Assembly: GCA_963422735.1 (NCBI GenBank)
Contig: OY730476.1
Span: 704,001 to 768,000, forward strand
Source: Candidatus Latescibacterota bacterium
GTDB lineage: Bacteria > Latescibacterota > UBA2968 > UBA8231
Direction: 5' to 3'
DNA: 64,000 bases
Positions 56,110 through 64,000 of the stretch are shown here, piece after piece. How positions within the stretch are numbered: the first letter of the stretch is position 1; each line of letters starts with the position of its first letter. The notes beneath the pieces are model-generated. The model was not told the origin of the DNA, did not search any database, and saw only the letters and a program-made list of their open reading frames with translations. The translations under genes and the position numbers were made by a program.

Positions 56110-57801
56110 TCACGGGGCCGAAGATATGCCATATTCTTCTTTTTTTAACAAGGCCGGCTCCACGACGATCGTTTTCTCGCGGCGCAACAGCGCCTGGCCG
56201 GGCGCACCTCCACGTGGCTTAGTGACGTGTTTTACCAAAGCGTACGCCACGGAGACCTTTTTCGCCGTTTTGCCCTTGCTCCAATACGCGGCTAAAGCTG
56301 CGGCCTCTTCAATAGTCTGCTTACTGGGGGCTTCTTTGCGGCCTTCGCTCCGCAGGACGACGTGCGATCCCGGGTACCCTTGGGCGTGAAACCACAGATC
56401 GTTTTGGGCGGATATTTTATGCGTCAGCACATCGTTCTCCTTGTTGTTGCGCCCAGCCCACACCGACCACCCGGTAGATGTCCTATAGCGCCGGGGATGG
56501 GCCTGGGGATGCTTGCTTGCCGTTTTGGCCGTTTTGTCGGCACTTATCATCTTACTCTCCAACCAGTTTTGCAGCGCGGCGTTGGCTTCCCAAGTACCGG
56601 CATCCACCGCGCCAATCCAATGCTCGTATTGGGTGCACTGATGCCTGAGCTGGGCCAGGAGCTGCGGCAGGACTTGTTGACGGCGTTCGTATTTTTTCGC
56701 GGCCTTTAGATAGGATGCGGCGTTTTTCGCCAAGCTGCGGTTTGCATCCAAGTCAATTCGCAGGATCGAGTACTCCTCTGAATCAAAGGGGTCGGCCAGT
56801 TCTACTTGCGTGGGTCGACCGGATAGCTGCCCTATGTTGGCCCATAGCGTGTGGCCCTTTCGCTTGTACTCCTCGGCGCGTGCAGCCTCGTCGAGTTCGA
56901 CTTGTATGGCGGCCAAACGCCGCCGGGCATTTTTCAGGGCTTGCCCCAGCCGCTTGCGAATTTGTTGCTGGGTCTGCTGTGCCTGGCGCTGTACCCGCTC
57001 TTTTTGGCACGCCGCCCATATCCCTCGGCTGACCGCGTCAAACTGCTCGTAGGCCCCTTGCAAACGGCGCGGTTCAAGGGCGGAAAAATGAAATCGGCCC
57101 GCCTCTTGCCACACGTAGCTCTGGCCGGCCACCGCGCCGGTGTACGCCTCCGTGGCCGCGCTCCACAAGGCTGTGGCCAGCCCGCCTTCCCCCTGCTGAC
57201 TGCGGAAGATCAATTCGCGCACCACCGAGGCGTCCGCTCCGGCCAGCCAGCGCCTCGCTGCCTTTTCCAAGGCCGCATCCGCGCTCGCCAGCCGGTCGCG
57301 CCACGCGCTGGGCACATCCGTGCCGGGCAGCAGTCGGCCCGACGGCTCGGGCGGCTGGTACGGCTCACCCAAGGGGGATCTGTCCTTGGCCGTGCCCCAG
57401 TAGCCCAAAATCGCGCCATCGGCTTGGCGATGGAGAACAAACCGCACCTTGTTGGGAATGAGCTCGCACACCAAGACGCCAAAGCTCGAGCGGCCGCCAC
57501 GGTCTCGGCGCTCTAGGCGCAAGCGCAAGAGGCGCTCGCGGTGCTCGGCTTCGACGGCTACAACCCGCGCTCGCACTAGGTACTTTTCCGGGCCATCGCT
57601 CGCTCGCCAAGGCCGTGGCCAAGCCTCCCGCCGCAGGCAGAGCAAACCCTCCCGGCCGCTCGCGCCGTACAGCCAATCACCTTCGTCAACTGAAAAGGCG
57701 AGTTCCGTAGGCTGGGCATAGGCCCGCTCGATGACCGCCCCCTGCAGAAACGCCTGTAACTCCTGCGCGAGGGCCTGAATGGTGAAGTAGTCAAACGCCA
57801 T
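56110..57801 (-). CDS. rqcH: NFACT / RqcH (FbpA-like) ribosome quality control protein
   Basis: MAFD N-terminus, GRNNKENDVLT, LWFHA..PGSHV and AAALAAYWSK. Confidence 0.85.
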   Translation of the reverse strand: MAFDYFTIQALAQELQAFLQGAVIERAYAQPTELAFSVDEGDWLYGASGREGLLCLRREAWPRPWRASDGPEKYLVRARVVAVEAEHRERLLRLRLERRDRGGRSSFGVLVCELIPNKVRFVLHRQADGAILGYWGTAKDRSPLGEPYQPPEPSGRLLPGTDVPSAWRDRLASADAALEKAARRWLAGADASVVRELIFRSQQGEGGLATALWSAATEAYTGAVAGQSYVWQEAGRFHFSALEPRRLQGAYEQFDAVSRGIWAACQKERVQRQAQQTQQQIRKRLGQALKNARRRLAAIQVELDEAARAEEYKRKGHTLWANIGQLSGRPTQVELADPFDSEEYSILRIDLDANRSLAKNAASYLKAAKKYERRQQVLPQLLAQLRHQCTQYEHWIGAVDAGTWEANAALQNWLESKMISADKTAKTASKHPQAHPRRYRTSTGWSVWAGRNNKENDVLTHKISAQNDLWFHAQGYPGSHVVLRSEGRKEAPSKQTIEEAAALAAYWSKGKTAKKVSVAYALVKHVTKPRGGAPGQALLRREKTIVVEPALLKKEEYGISSAP

Positions 57802-60561
57802 CTAGGCTTCGACGAGCTTGAGGCTAGCGTTTAACTTTTCCTGGGTGGCGCGATATTCGGCCTGGCGCTGGCGCTCCTGTGCGACGATTTCGGGCGGAGC
57901 TTTGGTGAGGAAGCACTCATTGGCGAGTTTGGCGTCTAGGCCCTTGAGCAAGCCGGCCAGCTTTTGGATTTCTCGTTTGAGCCGCTGCCGCTCTGCGGCT
58001 AGATCGATCAATCCCTCTAAGGGCACGAAAATCTCGGCCGCGGCCGTCATCGCGCTCCCCGAAGCCGGCGGCCGAACGAGCCCCTCGCCGACTTGCACGG
58101 ATGCGGCCCGGCTCAACAGAGCGATGTCGGGGACAGCTTGGCGCAGGGTCTGTTCCACCTCGTCTGAGGTGGCCGAAATCAAGACCTCGACTTTGCGCCC
58201 CGGCGGGACGTTCATCTCGCCGCGAATGATCCGCACTCCAGTCACCACCTCTTGCAGACACTGCATTTGCGCTTCAGCCTGCTGGTCTATCAGTGCGGCA
58301 TCGCATTCCGGCCAAGCCGCGACCATGATGCTATTAGCCGACGAGCCGTGGGGCAGGGCCTGCCACAAGGTCTCGGTGATAAAGGGCATAATAGGGTGCA
58401 ACAGCCGCAGGGCGGTTTCGAGTACCCGCACGAGATGCTCTTGGGCCGTGCGTCGTGCCTGGGGATCGCCTCCCTGCAAGCGCACCTTGGCCAATTCGAG
58501 GTACCAATCGCAATAGTCGCGCCAGACGAAGTCGTAGATCGCCCGCGTCAGGTCGCTGAAGCGATAGGATTGCAGGGCCTCGGTCATCTCGCGCACGGCC
58601 ACCTGCAACCGACTCCAGATCCAACGGTCAGCCAATTCGCTCCGCTCGCAAGGGCTTGGCTCGTAGCCATCGATGTTCATCAGCACGAAGCGGGTCGCAT
58701 TCCACAGCTTGTTGCCAAAGTTGCGGCCGGCCTCCGCGCTGGCCGAGGTCTGCACTTGGTTGTTGGCGACCACGGCATCAAAGCGCACGTCTTGCACGGC
58801 CCCGGCTTGTGCCAACAGACAGTAGCGGGTCGCATCCGCGCCGTAGCGCACGACCAAGTCGAGCGGGTTGAGGCCCGTGCCCAAGCTCTTACTCATGCGG
58901 CGGCCGTCTTGGGTCAGAATGGTCGGGTGAACCAGCACCGTCTTAAAGGGAATTTGCTCTATGCACTCTAGCGAGGTCATGGCCATCCGCAACACCCACA
59001 AATAGAGAATGTCGCGGGCTGTGATGAGCAAATCCGTGGGGTAAAAGTAATCCAGCGCATCGCGGCGCTGCGGCCAGCCGAGGGTGGCAAAGGGCCACAG
59101 AGCGGAAGAAAACCACGTGTCGAGCACATCTGGGTCCTGCACCCAATCTTGGCCACCACATTCGGCGCAGGCGGCTGGCTTAGCCGCGCTAACTACGGGC
59201 TGGGCACCGGCCGCGACTGAGACCCTAAAGTTGCCTTCTCGCAGGGCCTGTTCCCGGTCCAAATCGCTCATCGGGATCAGGCCATCGGCACTGCAATGGG
59301 TGCAATACCAAGCGGGAATGCGATGCCCCCACCAGATCTGCCGCGACAAGGGCCAATCGCGTATTTGGCCCAACCACTCGATGGCATAGTGGCGGAAGCG
59401 GTCGGGCGCGTATTGGATGTCCTGCTGCACGAGCACGGGTCTCGCCTTGGCCGCTAGCTCCTTCATGTTCATAAACCACTGCTCCATCGGCAGGGGTTCG
59501 ACGACCGTGCCGCACTTGTCGTGGTGAGGTACGGCGCGATGGTGATCCTCTATTTTTGCCATCAACCCCTCGGCTTCCAACGCCGCCACCACGGCCTCGC
59601 GGGCCGCGTAGCGATCCAACCCCGCAAAACGACCAGCCGCCTCGGTCATAACTCCGTCAAAGCCGATGACTTGGATTTGCGCTAGGCCGTGGCGCAGCCC
59701 GAGCTCGTAGTCGTTGGGATCGTGGGCTGGCGTGACCTTGACTGCGCCACTGCCCAACTCGGGGTCGGCGTATTCATCGGCGACAATGGGAATGGCTCTA
59801 TCTGTCAGCGGCAACTCGACTTGCAGGCCAATGGCCGCGCGCCAGCGGTCGTCGTTGGGGTGGACGGCTACGGCCGTGTCCCCAAGCATAGTCTCCGGCC
59901 GAGTGGTGGCGACCACGACTCGCAGCGCGCCCTCTTGGGCCGGGTAGAGAATGTGCCACAAGTGGCCGGAGACCTCGCGCTCTTCGGTCTCTAGATCGGA
60001 AATGACAGTGCGACACTGTGGGCACCAGTTGATCATGCGGGTGCTGCGGTAAATCCACCCTTTCTCCGCAAAGCGCGCGAAGGCCTGCAAGACGGCTTCG
60101 ACGTACTCCTCGTCGAGGGTGAACCGCTCCCATCGCCAATCGTAGCTGGCCCCGAGTTGGCGCAATTGGTGGTAGATGGCGTCCCCGTATTTTTCCTTCC
60201 ACTGCCAAATCCGATCGAGCATAGCGGCGCGCCCCAAGTCGTAGCGATTCTTGCCCTCGACCTGCAAAAGCTCCTGCTCGACCTTCATATGGGTGGCAAT
60301 GCCCGCGTGATCGGTGCCCGGCAGACAGAGCGTCTCAAAGCCCTGCATCCGCTTCCATCGCACCACTAAGTCGTGGATGGCGTGTTGAATCGCGTGGCCC
60401 ATGTGCAGCTCGCCCGTCACGTTGGGCGGGGGAATTACTATGCAGTAAGGAGGCTTGTCCGGGTTAATCCCCGCGTTAAAAAGGCCGTTTTCCTCCCAGA
60501 AATCGCACCACTTTTTTTCTATCGCCACCGGATCGTACGTCTTGGCCAATTCTTCCGTCAT
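57802..60561 (-). CDS. valS: Valine--tRNA ligase
   Basis: PPPNVTGELHMGHA, TTRPETMLGD, SRQIWWGH and RMSKSLG. Confidence 0.96.
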   Translation of the reverse strand: MTEELAKTYDPVAIEKKWCDFWEENGLFNAGINPDKPPYCIVIPPPNVTGELHMGHAIQHAIHDLVVRWKRMQGFETLCLPGTDHAGIATHMKVEQELLQVEGKNRYDLGRAAMLDRIWQWKEKYGDAIYHQLRQLGASYDWRWERFTLDEEYVEAVLQAFARFAEKGWIYRSTRMINWCPQCRTVISDLETEEREVSGHLWHILYPAQEGALRVVVATTRPETMLGDTAVAVHPNDDRWRAAIGLQVELPLTDRAIPIVADEYADPELGSGAVKVTPAHDPNDYELGLRHGLAQIQVIGFDGVMTEAAGRFAGLDRYAAREAVVAALEAEGLMAKIEDHHRAVPHHDKCGTVVEPLPMEQWFMNMKELAAKARPVLVQQDIQYAPDRFRHYAIEWLGQIRDWPLSRQIWWGHRIPAWYCTHCSADGLIPMSDLDREQALREGNFRVSVAAGAQPVVSAAKPAACAECGGQDWVQDPDVLDTWFSSALWPFATLGWPQRRDALDYFYPTDLLITARDILYLWVLRMAMTSLECIEQIPFKTVLVHPTILTQDGRRMSKSLGTGLNPLDLVVRYGADATRYCLLAQAGAVQDVRFDAVVANNQVQTSASAEAGRNFGNKLWNATRFVLMNIDGYEPSPCERSELADRWIWSRLQVAVREMTEALQSYRFSDLTRAIYDFVWRDYCDWYLELAKVRLQGGDPQARRTAQEHLVRVLETALRLLHPIMPFITETLWQALPHGSSANSIMVAAWPECDAALIDQQAEAQMQCLQEVVTGVRIIRGEMNVPPGRKVEVLISATSDEVEQTLRQAVPDIALLSRAASVQVGEGLVRPPASGSAMTAAAEIFVPLEGLIDLAAERQRLKREIQKLAGLLKGLDAKLANECFLTKAPPEIVAQERQRQAEYRATQEKLNASLKLVEA

Positions 60562-60698
60562 GCCGCGTCCTTATCCTTATGTTTACTATGAAGGTTAAAA
60601 TAAAAATATAACCCTTTCCCCTGCTCTGACAATTTTGCTCGACGCGCTCGGCTGTCTATTTTGTGTCAGTTCATATCATCTGTGCTAGGCGATTCAAT

Positions 60699-61625
60699 AT
60701 GGGCAACTGGTCCAAATTACAAACCGAGCAGCGCAATCCAGCCACTGAGCGCATCGACGAGGTCTCGACGCTAGAGATGTTGGCGATCATCAATCGAGAA
60801 GACGCCCTCGTGTCGGCCGCAGTCGCCACGCAATTGGGTCCCATCGCCGAGGCGGTTGACTTGGTGGCCAGCCAGTTCGGGAATGGAGGCCGCCTGTTCT
60901 ACCTCGGCGCGGGAACCAGCGGTCGGCTCGGCGTGCTAGATGCCGCTGAATGCCCCCCCACCTTTGGCGCGAATCCCCAGTTGGTACAGGGCCTGATCGC
61001 CGGCGGGCCAGCAGCCTTGGACCAAGCCGTAGAAGGCGCAGAAGACGACCGCGAGACCGCGCCCAGAAAATTGGCTCAGCGCGGCTTGGGGCCGTCCGAC
61101 GTAGTTATGGGCATTGCCGCTAGCGGCGTCACCCCTTTCGTTATCAGCGGAATGGAGTACGCCGCACAGCAGGGTTGTCCGACGATCTTTTTTACGTGTA
61201 GCCCCACGGCCGCCGAATCCGTTGCAGCCTCAATTAGGATCGTCCCCAAGGTCGGCCCGGAAGTCATCACCGGATCGACGCGGATGAAGGCTGGAACAGC
61301 GACCAAACTGGTGCTCAACATGATCAGCACCGGCACTATGGTGAAACTGGGCAAGACCTACGGCAACCTCATGGTCGATCTCCAACCCACTAATGCCAAG
61401 CTGCGCGACCGCGCCGAGCGCATCTTGGCGACGCTGACCGGGGCCTCGCCGCAAGTGGCTGCTGCCCGGTTGAAGGCGGCTGAAGGCGGCTTGAAGCTAG
61501 CGCTGGTCATGGAGTTGTGCCAGCTAGATCGCGCCCGAGCACAGCACCTCCTCGACGCCTGTGGTGGGAGCGTCAAGGCAGCCACCCTCGCCACCGGAGC
61601 AGCCCCTTGCAATACGCAAATCTAG
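60699..61625 (+). CDS. murQ: N-acetylmuramic acid 6-phosphate etherase
   Basis: TEQRNP, GAGTSGRLGVLDAAECPPTF and GSTRMKAGTA. Confidence 0.95.
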   Translation: MGNWSKLQTEQRNPATERIDEVSTLEMLAIINREDALVSAAVATQLGPIAEAVDLVASQFGNGGRLFYLGAGTSGRLGVLDAAECPPTFGANPQLVQGLIAGGPAALDQAVEGAEDDRETAPRKLAQRGLGPSDVVMGIAASGVTPFVISGMEYAAQQGCPTIFFTCSPTAAESVAASIRIVPKVGPEVITGSTRMKAGTATKLVLNMISTGTMVKLGKTYGNLMVDLQPTNAKLRDRAERILATLTGASPQVAAARLKAAEGGLKLALVMELCQLDRARAQHLLDACGGSVKAATLATGAAPCNTQI

Positions 61626-62551
61626 GCCGCACGAACCTGCGCCTGTCGGCCCTCGGCCTTGGCACTGTGCAATTGGGCATGGCGTATGGCTGGGATCACC
61701 AGCCGCCACCGCCAGATCACTGCGCGATTGGCCTGATCCGCCGCGCTTTGGATCTGGGCATCAACTACATCGACACGGCCTCGGCGTATGGCCGCAGCGA
61801 AAGCCTCGTAGGCCGCGCGTGTGCCGGGCTGAGCTGTCGGCCCGTGGTTGCCACCAAGCTCTCCATCCGGGATTCCGACAGCGCACAGCTATTGACCGGG
61901 CAGGCACTGCGCCAGTCCGTCGAGCAGGCGCTGTGCCAGAGCTTGCAGACACTCGGCGTCGAGGTCCTCGAACTCGTGCAGTTGCACAGCCTCGACACGC
62001 GCTTTGCTACCCCGGAACTGCTGGACCTGCTAGCGCAGTACTGCCAACGCGGCTGGGTCCGCTATTGGGGCATTACCACGTACGGCGAAGAGGCACCGCT
62101 CGACGCCTTAGATCATCCCGAGCTAATTTATGCACTGCAAATACCTTATAATGCGCTCGACCGTCGAATGGAACGCAAGGTGCTCCCCCGTGCCCAAGAG
62201 CAGGGTACAGGCGTCGTCCTGCGCTCCATCTTCCTCCAAGGCGTCCTGTCCCATCGGCTCGACTCGCTTCCGGCCGCGCTCGCTGATCTGGCACCCTTGG
62301 CTGCGCCCCTGCTGCGGCTAGCGCGGGACGCAGGTATGGAGCTGACCGAACTGGCTTTGCGCTTTGCCGCCTTTGCTCCCGGCGCTCACTCAGCTATTTT
62401 TGGCACCACAAGCGTCTCCGAACTCGAAGCCAATATCCGCGCAGTCGAGGCCGGTCCCTTACCGCCCGATCTAGTAGCAGCCATGCACGCAATCGCGGTC
62501 GCGAATTCAACTCTGCTCAACCCTGGCAACTGGAGGCTACCTACGCCGTGA
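61607..62551 (+). CDS. Aldo/keto reductase
   Basis: TTG start after GGAG; LGLGTVQLG, GINYIDTA.AYG.SE and RSIFLQG. Confidence 0.88.
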   Translation: MQYANLGRTNLRLSALGLGTVQLGMAYGWDHQPPPPDHCAIGLIRRALDLGINYIDTASAYGRSESLVGRACAGLSCRPVVATKLSIRDSDSAQLLTGQALRQSVEQALCQSLQTLGVEVLELVQLHSLDTRFATPELLDLLAQYCQRGWVRYWGITTYGEEAPLDALDHPELIYALQIPYNALDRRMERKVLPRAQEQGTGVVLRSIFLQGVLSHRLDSLPAALADLAPLAAPLLRLARDAGMELTELALRFAAFAPGAHSAIFGTTSVSELEANIRAVEAGPLPPDLVAAMHAIAVANSTLLNPGNWRLPTP

Positions 62552-63645
62552 ATGCACCCACGTCCGGCCAAGCAGTTGGCGATTTAGAGACCCCGGTGCT
62601 GCTGCTCGATCTCGAGCACTTTGAATCCAATGTGCGGCACTTGGCCGCGTATTGCCGCGACAACGGTAAGGCATGGCGGCCGCACAGCAAGGCGCATAAA
62701 TCCCCCGCCATAGCCCACATCGAACTGGCCAACGGAGCCTGCGGTATCACCTGCGCCAAATTGAGCGAAGCCGAGTGGATGGTCGCGCATGGCGTACCTT
62801 CCATCCTGTTGGCCAATCAGATCGTCAGTCCGGCGAAATTTGCCGCCCTAGCCCGCTTACAACACCGATCTGAAGTCATTGCCGCAGTGGATAATATCGC
62901 CGTCATTGAACCTATGGCCGCAGCGGCCACTGCCGAGGGCGTCTGCATCCCCGTGGTCGTGGAGATCGACATTGGCATGAAGCGGGTCGGCGTGGAGCCT
63001 GGTCCTCCTGTTCTCGCTTTGTCCGCGGCCATTAGCGACCAACCTAAGCTGGCGTTCAAGGGCCTGATGGGGTACGAGGGCCACGTGCTCGACTGCTGGC
63101 CGCACTCGGCCAAGCAAAAGGCCTGTTACCAAGCACTGGACCTATTAGTAGAATCGCGCAACTTACTCGAAGACAATGGAATATCAGTGGAGATTGTCAG
63201 CGCCGGCGGTACGGGTTCATACGAGCTCAGCGCCCTCCACGACGGGATCACTGAGCTTCAAGCCGGCGGCGGCGTGTTCATGGACGCCATGTATCGCCAC
63301 ACCTGTCACGTCGAAGCCCTCGCCCCTGCCCTAACGGTGCTCACCACGGTCACCAGCCGCGCTGCCGACCGAGTCGTCGTCGATGCCGGCTTTAAGACAT
63401 TGTCTTCCGGCCATCAGCCGCCGGAGGTGCTGGGCCGAGACGATTTGCACTTGCGTTACCTGTCTGCTGAACACGGCGTCTTCGACATTGCAGAAGGCCA
63501 AGCTGGACCGGCTTTGGGCGAGCGGATCGAATTGCTCGTCGGCTATTCGGATTCGACGACCTTCCTCCACAATTACTTCGTCGCCATCCGCAAGGGGCGC
63601 GTGGAAAAAATATGGGATATCTCAGCTCGGGGCCTCTTGCGCTAA
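62548..63645 (+). CDS. DSD1/D-threonine aldolase-family PLP enzyme
   Basis: TPVLLLD, RPHSKAHK, GLMGYEGH and SAEHG. Confidence 0.88.
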   Translation: MNAPTSGQAVGDLETPVLLLDLEHFESNVRHLAAYCRDNGKAWRPHSKAHKSPAIAHIELANGACGITCAKLSEAEWMVAHGVPSILLANQIVSPAKFAALARLQHRSEVIAAVDNIAVIEPMAAAATAEGVCIPVVVEIDIGMKRVGVEPGPPVLALSAAISDQPKLAFKGLMGYEGHVLDCWPHSAKQKACYQALDLLVESRNLLEDNGISVEIVSAGGTGSYELSALHDGITELQAGGGVFMDAMYRHTCHVEALAPALTVLTTVTSRAADRVVVDAGFKTLSSGHQPPEVLGRDDLHLRYLSAEHGVFDIAEGQAGPALGERIELLVGYSDSTTFLHNYFVAIRKGRVEKIWDISARGLLR

Positions 63646-63673
63646 CGCCGACTAACAGCAATGGAGCAAGCAA

Positions 63674-63958
63674 ATGACTAAAGCTGAGATCGCCCAGCAG
63701 CTAGCCCAGAGCACTGGGCTCTCCCAAGTGGACACTGCGGCTGTTATCGAGGGTTTCATCGAAGCCATAGCCCAAGCCCTCGAAGCGGGTGACCACGTCG
63801 AAATCCGCGGCTTTGGTACCTTCAAGGTCGTGGAGCGCGCACCGCGCACCGGACGCAACCCCAAAGCCGGTGCGGCTATCGCCATCCCCAGGCGCAAAAT
63901 CCCGACCTTCAAACCCTCCAACGCCGTAAAAAGCAGAATCGTCCAGCGCCAACCATGA
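63674..63958 (+). CDS. hup: HU/IHF-family DNA-binding protein (second copy)
   Basis: MTKAEIA and GFGTFKVVERAPRTGRNP. Confidence 0.92.
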   Translation: MTKAEIAQQLAQSTGLSQVDTAAVIEGFIEAIAQALEAGDHVEIRGFGTFKVVERAPRTGRNPKAGAAIAIPRRKIPTFKPSNAVKSRIVQRQP

Positions 63959-64000
63959 ACCTGCTATTGATTTCGGTCGATAGCCTGCGCTTGGACTTTG
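63955..64000 (+). CDS. Probable sulfatase-family protein, N-terminus only
   Basis: MNLLLISVDSLRLDF matches the sulfatase N-terminal motif. Confidence 0.55.
   Translation, partial: MNLLLISVDSLRLDF

Noticed and set aside
60560-60587. XerD-like half site TTATGTTTACT upstream of valS
   Set aside because: No TATAA-type left arm, and the orientation is opposite to sites D-F.
1-64000. CRISPR array, rRNA or IS elements
   Set aside because: None seen; the dif-like repeats are kilobases apart and not regularly spaced.

Overview
GC-rich bacterial chromosome segment, probably from an FCB-group diderm such as Ca. Latescibacterota (inferred from a PorV-like outer-membrane protein and a Bacteroidota-type bS22). 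Housekeeping genes: cysC, pyrH, purB, mreBC, ychF, thrC, metB, two prs, apt, rsgA, hprK, mutL, leuS, asnS, the rimP-nusA-infB-rbfA-truB-rpsO-pnp operon, der, miaA, rqcH/NFACT, valS, murQ, two HU genes and four tRNAs. Accessory modules: a DUF4178/DUF350/spermidine-synthase cluster, McrBC with an unusual N-terminal domain, a TatT-type TRAP transporter, a satellite BMC shell gene plus aldolase, and a VapBC pair. The main unexplained signal is six 28-bp dif-like sites (11-6-11, core TATA(A/C/T)-N6-WTATGT) spread over about 44 kb. Three lie on the + strand to the left and three on the - strand to the right, so their polarity converges on an orphan tyrosine recombinase gene (37627-38607). Gene orientation and KOPS-like octamers flip in the same interval, suggesting the replication terminus. 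Several sites overlap start or stop codons of core genes, and leuS is exactly bracketed by two of them. All calls come from motif recognition by eye; no searches were run.
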